DNA of 50,752 nucleotides from a virus (Duplodnaviria; Heunggongvirae; Uroviricota; Caudoviricetes): IMG/VR virus record IMGVR_UViG_2579778748_000002; one strand, 5' to 3'. Shown piece by piece: positions 43,301 to 50,752 of this stretch (position 1 is its first letter; each line of letters starts with the position of its first letter). The notes under the pieces were generated by a model. It saw only the letters and a program-made list of their open reading frames with translations, ran no database searches and was not told where the DNA came from. The position numbers and the translations under genes were made by a program.

Positions 43301-43784
43301 GACGCTCAACAACGTCACGATTAACGAGAATTGCCGGGTTCTGGGAAAACTGTCCGCGAACCAGATTGAAGGCGATCTCGTTAAAACAGTGGGCAAAGCT
43401 TTCCCCCGTGACTCCCGTGCACCGGAACGGTGGCCATCAGGGACCATTACCGTCAGGGTTTATGACGATCAGCCGTTTGACCGGCAGATTGTTATTCCGG
43501 CGGTGGCATTCAGCGGCGCTAAACATGAGAGAGAGCATACTGATATTTACTCCTCATGCCGTCTGATAGTGCGGAAAAACGGTGCTGAAATTTATAACCG
43601 TACCGCGCTGGATAATACGCTGATTTACAGTGGCGTTGTTGATATGCCTGCCGGTCACGGTCACATGACGCTGGAGTTTTCGGTGTCAGCATGGCTGGTA
43701 AATGACTGGTATCCCACAGCAAGTATCAGCGATTTGCTGGTTGTGGTGATGAAGAAAGCCACCGCAGGCATCAGTATCAGCTGA
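40305..43784 (+). CDS. J: Central tail fibre / host-specificity protein J with a divergent C-terminal receptor-binding region
   Basis: 1159 aa; first approx 900 aa match recalled lambda J; C-terminal approx 250 aa differ from the recalled LamB-binding lambda J and the protein is 27 aa longer. Confidence 0.93.
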
Positions 43785-43803
43785 ATTTTATAACCCCAAT
43801 ACG

Positions 43804-43827
43804 GGCGTCAGAAATGACGCCTTTTTT
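43804..43827 (+). terminator. Intrinsic terminator after J
   Basis: Hairpin GGCGTCA-GAAA-TGACGCC followed by T6. Confidence 0.85.
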
Positions 43828-43851
43828 ATTGCAGAAAAGCGAGAGGTAATT

Positions 43852-44451
43852 ATGCGTAAATTATGTGCTGTTATTCTGTCCGCAGTAGTCTGGCTGGTTG
43901 CCGTTGGTACGCCAGCGAGCGCAGCAGAGCATCAGTCCACACTAAGCGCCGGGTATCTTCAGGCCCATACTGATATGCCAGGCAGTGATGACCTGAAGGG
44001 CATTAACGTGAAATACCGTTATGAATTTACGGACACGCTGGGGCTGGTGACGTCATTCAGTTATGCAGGAGACAAGAATCGCCAGATTACCCGTTACAGC
44101 GATACCCGCTGGCATGAAGATTCAGTGCGTAACCGCTGGTTCAGCATGATGGCGGGGCCGTCTGTACGCGTGAATGAATGGTTCAGCGCGTATGCGATGG
44201 CGGGCGTGGCTTACAGCCGTGTGTCGACCTTCTCCGGGGATTATCTCCGCGTAACTGACAATAAGGGGAAAACGTACGATGTGCTGAACGGAAGTGATGA
44301 CGGTCGCCACAGCGACACGTCTCTGGCGTGGGGGGCTGGCGTGCAGTTTAACCCGACCGAATCCGTGGCCATTGACCTTGCTTATGAAGGCTCCGGCAGT
44401 GGTGACTGGCACACTGACGGTTTCATCGTGGGTGTCGGTTATAAATTCTGA
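43852..44451 (+). CDS. lom: Lom outer-membrane protein (Ail/OmpX family)
   Basis: 199 aa [36 protein letters not shown]... similar to recalled lambda Lom. Confidence 0.93.
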   Translation: MRKLCAVILSAVVWLVAVGTPASAAEHQSTLSAGYLQAHTDMPGSDDLKGINVKYRYEFTDTLGLVTSFSYAGDKNRQITRYSDTRWHEDSVRNRWFSMMAGPSVRVNEWFSAYAMAGVAYSRVSTFSGDYLRVTDNKGKTYDVLNGSDDGRHSDTSLAWGAGVQFNPTESVAIDLAYEGSGSGDWHTDGFIVGVGYKF

Positions 44452-44478
44452 TTAGCCAGGTAACACAGTGTTATGACA

Positions 44479-44505
44479 GCCCGCCGGTTCAGGCGGGCTT
44501 TTTTG
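44479..44505 (+). terminator. Intrinsic terminator after lom
   Basis: Hairpin GCCCGCC-GGTTCA-GGCGGGC followed by T6. Confidence 0.85.
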
Positions 44506-44509
44506 TGGA

Positions 44510-46915
44510 GTGGATATGGCAGCAGTAAAAATCTCAGGTGTGCTGAAAGATGGTGCGGGAAAACCAATACAGAACTGCACTATTCAACTGAAGGCAAAGC
44601 GTAACAGCACCACGGTACTGGTGAACACGGTGGCCTCTGAAAATCCTGATGAAGCCGGGCGTTACAGTATGGACGTTGAGTATGGCCAGTACAGCGTCAT
44701 CCTGCTGGTTGAAGGTTTTCCGCCTTCACATGCCGGGACCATTACCGTCTATGAAGGTTCCAGTCCGGGGACGCTGAATGATTTTCTCGGTGCCATGACG
44801 GAAGATGATGTCATGCCGGAGGCATTGCGCCGTTTTCAGGAAATGGTGGAAGAAGCGGCACGCAACGCTGAAGCCGCCTCTCAGAGCGCAGCGGCGGCAA
44901 AGACATCCGAAACTGCAGCGGCATCATCGAAGAACGCGGCGAAAACCTCAGAAACGAATGCAGCTAACAGCGCACAGGCGGCAGCGGCCTCACAGACTGC
45001 ATCGGCAAACTCCGCGACTGCAGCCAAAAAATCAGAAAACAACTCAAAAGCGAGTGAGACAGCTTCAAAGACCAGCGAAACTAATGCGAAAAATAGCGAG
45101 GTGGCTGCAGAATCGAGTCAGAGTGCCGCAGCAAACTCCGCTACCGCAGCAAAAAACAGTCAGGATGCAGCAGCCCAAAGCGAGAGAGCGGCAGCCAGTT
45201 CTGCAAGTGCGGCGGCTACTTCTGCCACGGCATCAGCCAACAGTCAAAGAGCTGCAAAAACCAGTGAAACCAACGCAAAGACAAGCGAGACTGCAGCGAA
45301 GACCAGCGAAACGAATGCCAAAGCCAGCGAAACTGCGGCGAAAAACAGTCAGGATGCAGCGGCCCAAAGCGAGAGTGCCGCAGCTGGTTCTGCAAGCGCG
45401 GCGGCTGCTTCTGCCACGGCATCAGCCAACAGTCAAAGAGCTGCAAAAACCAGTGAAGACAACGCAAAGGCGAGCGAGACTACAGCGGCGAACTCGGCGC
45501 AAGCATCGGCAGCAAGCCAGACAGCAGCTAAAGCAAGTGAAGACGCAGCCAGAGAGTATGCAAGCCAGGCAGCGGAGCCGTATAAACAAGTTTTGCAGCC
45601 GTTGCCTGATGTGTGGATACCGTTTAACGATTCACTGGATATGATTACGGGGTTTTCGCCGTCATATAAAAAGATTGTTATTGGTGATGATGAAATAACG
45701 ATGCCTGGCGATAAGGTTGTAAAGTTTAAACGCGCATCGAAAGCAACCTATATTAATAAATCTGGTGTGCTGACAGAGGCTGCCATTGACGAGCCACGAT
45801 TTGAACGTGATGGCCTGCTTATTGAGGGGCAAAGAACGAACTACATGCTCAATTCGGAAAGCCCTGCCAGTTGGGGGCGATCGTCAAATATGGATGTTCC
45901 CGAAACCGGGACGGATAGTTTTGGTTTTACCTATGGAAAGTTTGTCTGTAACGATTCTCTGATTGGGCAAACCTCAGCCATTAATATGGCATCAATTGCT
46001 GCAACAAAGTCAGTTGATGTCTCAGGCGATAATAAATACGTGACAACCTCATGTCGTTTTAAAACAGAACTGCAGGTAAGGTTGCGTATCCGGTTTGATA
46101 AATATGACGGTAGCGCAACAACTTTTCTTGGTGATGCGTATATTGATACACAAACGCTTGAAATTAATATGACAGGCGGTGCTGCCTCAAGGATTACAGC
46201 GAGAGTCAGAAAGGACGAAGCTACCGGATGGATTTTTGCAGAGGCAACAATTCAGGCAATTGATGGGGAGTTAAAAATAGGCTCTCAGATACAGTATTCT
46301 CCTAAGCAGAGCGGGGCAACCGTATCTGGTGACTATATTTATCTGGCCACCCCACAAGTAGAAGATGGGCCTTGTGTATCATCTTTTATTATATCAGGAG
46401 CGACGGCGGCGACTCGTGCGAGTGATATGGTTACGATCCCGACCGAAAACAACATTTATAACAGACCGCTTACTTGTTTGGTCGAGGTTAACAGGAATTG
46501 GGGCGATATTCCCCCTAATGTAGCACCGCGTATTTTTGATTTTTCTGGTGTGCCGCCTATTGAGTCAATCACATACGCTTTTAACACAACCGAGAGATAT
46601 TACGGTCAGCTTTATATGCAAACTTATAAAGCGTCGACAAGTAGTTACGTTTCTAGTTTGTTTACTGGTCGAACGGATGTTCGAAAATTCATTGGTGGTT
46701 TTAATATTTATTCTGACGGTACTAAACGAGTAGTTTCTAACGGTGAGGCTACTAAAACCATTGAAACGGAATGGACGGGCGTAAAAACGCGGACCTTTAT
46801 TAGAATAGGAGGTCAAGCCACATCAGGGACACGTCATCTATTCGGCCATTTGAGAAATCTTCGTCTCTGGCATAAAGAATTAACTGATGCGCAAATGGGG
46901 GAGAGTATTAAATGA
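44510..46915 (+). CDS. stf: Side tail fibre protein Stf (lambda-like N-terminal and Ala/Ser-rich repeat shaft; divergent C-terminal domain)
   Basis: 801 aa; N-terminus MAVKISGVLKDGAGKPIQNCTIQLKAKRNSTTVLVNTVASENPDEAGRYS... lambda-like; C-terminal approx 400 aa not recognised. Confidence 0.85.
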   Translation: MDMAAVKISGVLKDGAGKPIQNCTIQLKAKRNSTTVLVNTVASENPDEAGRYSMDVEYGQYSVILLVEGFPPSHAGTITVYEGSSPGTLNDFLGAMTEDDVMPEALRRFQEMVEEAARNAEAASQSAAAAKTSETAAASSKNAAKTSETNAANSAQAAAASQTASANSATAAKKSENNSKASETASKTSETNAKNSEVAAESSQSAAANSATAAKNSQDAAAQSERAAASSASAAATSATASANSQRAAKTSETNAKTSETAAKTSETNAKASETAAKNSQDAAAQSESAAAGSASAAAASATASANSQRAAKTSEDNAKASETTAANSAQASAASQTAAKASEDAAREYASQAAEPYKQVLQPLPDVWIPFNDSLDMITGFSPSYKKIVIGDDEITMPGDKVVKFKRASKATYINKSGVLTEAAIDEPRFERDGLLIEGQRTNYMLNSESPASWGRSSNMDVPETGTDSFGFTYGKFVCNDSLIGQTSAINMASIAATKSVDVSGDNKYVTTSCRFKTELQVRLRIRFDKYDGSATTFLGDAYIDTQTLEINMTGGAASRITARVRKDEATGWIFAEATIQAIDGELKIGSQIQYSPKQSGATVSGDYIYLATPQVEDGPCVSSFIISGATAATRASDMVTIPTENNIYNRPLTCLVEVNRNWGDIPPNVAPRIFDFSGVPPIESITYAFNTTERYYGQLYMQTYKASTSSYVSSLFTGRTDVRKFIGGFNIYSDGTKRVVSNGEATKTIETEWTGVKTRTFIRIGGQATSGTRHLFGHLRNLRLWHKELTDAQMGESIK
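45152..45480 (+). repeat. Tandem direct repeat with 189-bp (63-codon) period inside the stf shaft region
   Basis: AAAAACAGTCAGGATGCAGC... recurs at 45152 and 45341; the encoded KNSQDAAAQSE-AAA-SASAAA-SATASANSQRAAKTSE... block is duplicated. Confidence 0.85.
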
Positions 46916-47193
46916 AAGATTTAACACTTAAATTTGCCGACAGGGCCGATTTTTCGGCCTTTATGGATAGCACTGGCTATTATGATGATGAGTCGATGCA
47001 GGATGATATTCTTATTGACGTGATAGGTAACGTGTACAAAGAAACCGGAGAACTGAATGAAGATGGCGAACCGGTATGTGTTAAGGAAGACGGATATTTT
47101 GTAAACGTGCGCATCATTAATGATGTGAAAACACCGTCAATATTCGATGAATACGTGGTTGCTGTTGAGCATCAACTTCGTGGCTGGATGTGA
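46912..47193 (+). CDS. Hypothetical protein (93 aa) between stf and the second fibre gene; possible fibre adaptor or assembly factor
   Basis: ATGA overlap with stf stop; acidic protein; no recognised family; occupies the position of lambda tfa but is unrelated to recalled Tfa. Confidence 0.5.
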   Translation: MKDLTLKFADRADFSAFMDSTGYYDDESMQDDILIDVIGNVYKETGELNEDGEPVCVKEDGYFVNVRIINDVKTPSIFDEYVVAVEHQLRGWM

Positions 47194-47202
47194 GGAAGAA
47201 AA

Positions 47203-48243
47203 ATGGCTACATCGACAGTAATTCCTGATGACATCAAAACGCTAAAATCCGACGTTAGCAAATTAAAAAACGATCAAGGAAGCTACGCAACAAAATCATA
47301 TGTAGACAGCAAAGATGAAACCGTTGGTGACTGGTCTGCTTCATGGTATCAGCAGGTATTGCCAACTAGCGGAGCTATATTTGGGAGAAAACTCCGCTCA
47401 ACTCACAGGACGGCAGGTGTTGAGGATGCATATTGCGAACTATACCTCAAAAAATGGATAGACAGTCCAGGTAACGCAATGGCGCGCCTTAACCTGAACG
47501 ATAACGGGACAAACATTTGCTGGGACTTTACCAACCTTTATGGCGGTACGATGATTTTTCCCGGTGACAGCGGATACCTCAAAATGGGTAACTGCCTTAT
47601 GTCATACAGCAAGCGTGGAAGTAACGCGCTTATTAAATTTGATTACACCGACACATTACAGATCAAATATGCCAATCATGGGTCAACCATGACATTAAAC
47701 ACACAGGGAACCGCTTATGCTGGTGTTACTGCTCAATTGTGGGGCAACTCCAGCCGTCCTGTTGTTTATGAAGTCGGTGTTGATGGTGGCGCTTATATGT
47801 TCTATGCGCAGAAAAATACCGATAACACCTATATGTTAAGCGTTAATGGTGCATGTCATGCCACCGCATTTAACCAGCATTCCGACCGGGATCTGAAAGA
47901 CAACATTCAGGTGATCGATAATGCAACCGACCGCATCCGTAAAATGAACGGCTATACATACACGCTTAAAGAAAACGGTATGCCCTATGCTGGTGTCATT
48001 GCACAGGAAGCTCTGGAAGCAATCCCAGAAGTTGTAGGTTCCGTAATGAAATATCAGGACGGTGCGAGCGGATCGGAAGGTGAAGAAGGTGAACGTTATT
48101 ACACAGTAGATTATTCTGGTGTTACTGGCTTGCTTGTTCAGGTAGCCAGAGAGTCAGACGACAGAATAACAGCACTGGAAGAAGAAAACGCAGAATTAAG
48201 ACAAAGATTATCTGCAATTGATGCGGCGCTTGCGTCTAAATAA
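47203..48243 (+). CDS. Tail fibre/tailspike-like protein with C-terminal intramolecular chaperone (peptidase S74-like) domain
   Basis: 346 aa; C-terminal region (DRDLKDNIQVIDNATDRIRKMNGYTYTLKENGMPYAGVIAQEALEAIPEVV...) resembles autocleaving chaperone domains of endosialidases and T5 L-shaped fibres, followed by a coiled-coil tail. Confidence 0.65.
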   Translation: MATSTVIPDDIKTLKSDVSKLKNDQGSYATKSYVDSKDETVGDWSASWYQQVLPTSGAIFGRKLRSTHRTAGVEDAYCELYLKKWIDSPGNAMARLNLNDNGTNICWDFTNLYGGTMIFPGDSGYLKMGNCLMSYSKRGSNALIKFDYTDTLQIKYANHGSTMTLNTQGTAYAGVTAQLWGNSSRPVVYEVGVDGGAYMFYAQKNTDNTYMLSVNGACHATAFNQHSDRDLKDNIQVIDNATDRIRKMNGYTYTLKENGMPYAGVIAQEALEAIPEVVGSVMKYQDGASGSEGEEGERYYTVDYSGVTGLLVQVARESDDRITALEEENAELRQRLSAIDAALASK

Positions 48244-48249
48244 TATTAA

Positions 48250-48272
48250 GGGGCCGAGCGCCCCGTTTTATT
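48250..48272 (+). terminator. Putative intrinsic terminator after the fibre gene
   Basis: Hairpin GGGGC-CGAGC-GCCCC followed by GTTTTATT. Confidence 0.6.
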
Positions 48273-48279
48273 GGGTGGG

Positions 48280-48579
48280 ATGAAAATGGATATAACACCT
48301 TTCCTTCATGCGCTTTGTGCTGTGGCTGCGCAGCTACTGATTGGTCTTTTTACCGGGAACTGGGCTTACGGGGCGATAGCCGGTTGTACGTTCTTCATTG
48401 CGCGTGAACACACCCAGGCAGAATATCGCTGGATCGAAATGTTCGGGCATGGCAAGCGAATGAATATGCCGTGGTGGGGCGGTTTTGACCCACGCGCGTG
48501 GGATATGGCAAGCCTGATGGATTTTGCTGTGCCGGTGGTAGCGTGTCTTCTGGTCTGGTTGTTGGTTAATCGAGGGTGA
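48280..48579 (+). CDS. Hypothetical small inner-membrane protein (99 aa, two or more predicted TM helices) immediately after the tail fibre module
   Basis: ATG with SD GGGTGGG; hydrophobic segments LHALCAVAAQLLIGLF and FAVPVVACLLVWLLV; no family recognised. Confidence 0.55.
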   Translation: MKMDITPFLHALCAVAAQLLIGLFTGNWAYGAIAGCTFFIAREHTQAEYRWIEMFGHGKRMNMPWWGGFDPRAWDMASLMDFAVPVVACLLVWLLVNRG

Positions 48580-48915
48580 AAAAGGTGGCTGTAAATGGAA
48601 CGGAGGAAGAGATATCGTTGCTGCGGTTTTGAAGACGCATCGGGTTCTGCTGAACCGTGTTGATACATCCTTAGCACCGAATATCGAGAGGCCTGCAATC
48701 CCTGCCATGCAATAGCGTTTTGCTGTCGGCTGGCGAACTTTCGATAGTACGAGTATTGAATGATTTCCAGCCATAATAGATTTTACGTGCTAATTAGTAA
48801 ATAAACCACTCGTCAGCAGACTTCTTGGTATCTTTCAGAGTCTCCTGAACAAAAGTTTTAGCTGAATTTTTGCACGAGAGGATTTGAGCCTCCGTCCCAG
48901 CCCCATAACGGCTTT

Positions 48916-49329
48916 TTATCTAACGTAGGCGTTACAAGTATTACATTTGTATTTTCCAGCAATAGTTGCATGCCCCGTTACTTGACTCATTGAAGATAGC
49001 TTCTTCTCTGAACTTTCATAACATCTTGGGCAAAAAGGACCGTTTGGTTTGCCATTGATAGGTGAGGCCCTCCAGTATACGTTTTCCCTATATTCAAGCT
49101 CGTCCGATGCATCAAGCTTAGCTTGCAACTCTTCGATCTTCAGCTTTAGTTCATACATTTCTAGCTGTGTATCAGCCAGTTCTATTTTGGCTTCAGATAG
49201 CGCGCTATAAAGCTCACTAAACTTAAGCCTCATTTCTGCATCATTGTATGCGCCAGTGGCATTTTTTATATCTTTTGCTAAATCAAAGGCGGTTTTGAGT
49301 GCGGTCAAACCAGTGACAATGTCAGCCAT
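48916..49329 (-). CDS. Hypothetical coiled-coil protein with C-terminal zinc-ribbon (CxxC-x25-CxxC), b-region accessory gene
   Basis: 137 aa; heptad-like central segment (LKFSELYSALSEAKIELADTQLEMYELKLKIEELQAKL); CPRC ... CNTC at C-terminus; AT-rich. Confidence 0.6.
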   Translation of the reverse strand: MADIVTGLTALKTAFDLAKDIKNATGAYNDAEMRLKFSELYSALSEAKIELADTQLEMYELKLKIEELQAKLDASDELEYRENVYWRASPINGKPNGPFCPRCYESSEKKLSSMSQVTGHATIAGKYKCNTCNAYVR

Positions 49330-49574
49330 AAATTCCTCTTGAGAAAATACAATGTGTAGATATCAGCTTATCATCTTGTCAATAAAATTTATGTGAGCAA
49401 AATCAATAATTTGTTATCATTATTTAAATATTGCACTTTTTTATATGTATAACAGGATGAAGATTTTTATCTGGAAATTAAATAATAATGGAGGGGGGTA
49501 TGGATGAATCTGATAGAGACAGATAACAAATGTGGATTAAAATTCCGTTGTTGTGAAGTATTTGATAAGCATGA

Positions 49575-49584
49575 GGGGGGGGGG
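49575..49584. repeat. Homopolymeric G10 tract (C10 on the minus strand) in an AT-rich intergenic region; a second G6 tract at 49493-49498
   Basis: Read directly: ATGAGGGGGGGGGGAATAAA and ATGGAGGGGGGTATGG. Confidence 0.9.
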
Positions 49585-49873
49585 AATAAATGATAATTAA
49601 ATATTAAAAATATGTATTAACAATCAATAAATTGTCTGAAAGCTAAATGCTAGTTTAGAAATAATAAGGTTTGTGGCATTGTTTTATTAGTCATTGCTTG
49701 TGTTTAAACTATTTAACAACCAATTGATTATACCTTAGCGCGAACATCTGCTTTTCGCTCATGAAGAACAACCATACTCAAATCTTCCATGTCGCAGGAT
49801 ATTTGAGTATGAATATGTTACCGTGGGATAAATGCAACGCTTAGGAGAAAATATCTGTTCGATTATAATACCA

Positions 49874-50752
49874 TCAGCTAAAAACTTCATCACGAATAGA
49901 TAATAAATATTCGCCTTGTGTTATTGTAGCTCTCTTCAACTTAATGTGTTTAGAATGTTTTTTTATAGCTGAAACTATAAGTTTTTTATCATGCTCACTT
50001 GTCTTCTCACCTAGGATAACACTTTTAATGCATCCTTCAGGGAGTGATATGTTTATGCCAGTTTTATATTTTTTTGCCAATTTGTCTTCTTGTGAGAAGG
50101 ATAAAATATATATTAGCCGTTTTTCTTGTTCATAAGACCATTCTTGAGATTTAGTTGCCAATATTCCATTGTAAATTTCCAAAAGCAAATTTCTTCCCTC
50201 GTCAAATGCTTGTTCATAAAGATGTTTGAACTTTTCTTGATAATCATCATAAATTGCATCATGATTATAGTTCACCTGATCAGCTATTAATGTTAGTACT
50301 GCAGTATCAATAGTCGGAGGGCGATCTTTATATTTGACGTCAAAGATATAGATATCCTCTAGTTCTCTTATTTTGTCTTGATCGAATTCTATACATATAC
50401 CTGTTCTGTTGTTAGCATAATGAGCCCACATTGTAGGGTTTAACGCCGTATTCGTAAAGCATGATATCCTTGCAGAGTCCAGCAATTGCGGGACATTTGG
50501 TTCCAGTTCTCTCATTGAATCAATATATTCGTTATATTCATATTCAGAAGGTAGCCAGCCAGACTCTCCACACCATGTTTTTATTATCAAATCATATCTC
50601 TCAGTTTTTTCATTATAATCTGGGAAACCACTTATTATCTTACAAAAACCTTCAGCACTGTCATTCATCATGTTGAGATGATTAAGATATAGTTTGTTTT
50701 CCACTAGAGATTTAATTGAATACTCATTAATAGGACAATATTTAAACAGCAT
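49874..50752 (-). CDS. DUF2971-like protein (start codon at or beyond the window edge), b-region accessory gene
   Basis: 292 aa; contains the recalled DUF2971 signature (FTNTALNPTMWAHYANNRTGICIEFD); AT-rich; ATG coincides with last 3 nt of window so the N-terminus may be incomplete. Confidence 0.6.
   Translation of the reverse strand: MLFKYCPINEYSIKSLVENKLYLNHLNMMNDSAEGFCKIISGFPDYNEKTERYDLIIKTWCGESGWLPSEYEYNEYIDSMRELEPNVPQLLDSARISCFTNTALNPTMWAHYANNRTGICIEFDQDKIRELEDIYIFDVKYKDRPPTIDTAVLTLIADQVNYNHDAIYDDYQEKFKHLYEQAFDEGRNLLLEIYNGILATKSQEWSYEQEKRLIYILSFSQEDKLAKKYKTGINISLPEGCIKSVILGEKTSEHDKKLIVSAIKKHSKHIKLKRATITQGEYLLSIRDEVFS

Noticed and set aside
44805..45644. 279-aa arginine-rich plus-strand ORF, with antisense ORF 45216-45467
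   Set aside because: Alternative-frame artefacts of the tandem-repeat, GCA/GCG-rich shaft region of stf; highly repetitive and basic.

Overview
About 97% of this window is a lambdoid prophage inserted at the lambda attachment site beside ybhC; the window ends inside the prophage, so attR is not seen. All calls rest on reading the sequence and on protein sequences recalled from memory; no alignment or database search was run, so family names for the non-lambda genes are provisional. Layout: ybhC (-) | attL core 1331-1345 plus P' arm | int, xis | lambda-like early-left genes (orf63, orf60a, exo, bet, gam, kil, cIII, ea10, orf28, ral, sieB) | P22-type N with P22-type nutL/nutR | non-lambda repressor/cro/cII-like module | lambda O (ori iterons) and P | DLP12-like nin genes and Q | phage-21-type lysis cassette (S, R, Rz/Rz1) and bor | cos with lambda cosN but non-lambda cosB and Nu1 N-terminus | lambda-like head and tail genes nu1 to J | lom | side tail fibre module | accessory genes. 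Lambda-like backbone genes are the most reliable calls; start codons were adjusted where the ORF track used an upstream alternative start. The most interesting content is AT-rich cargo at classic moron positions: (1) an unrecognised 299-aa single-pass membrane protein in the rexAB-equivalent slot downstream of the repressor, (2) a DUF2971-like protein and a coiled-coil/zinc-ribbon protein in the b-region with poly-G tracts between them, (3) a membrane protein and TraR-like gene next to int/xis, (4) a 1183-aa intimin/invasin-type adhesin replacing ren, and (5) a Blc lipocalin, a TudS-like DUF523/DUF1722 protein and an AraC-type regulator between Q and the lysis genes. No tRNA, rRNA or CRISPR array was seen.
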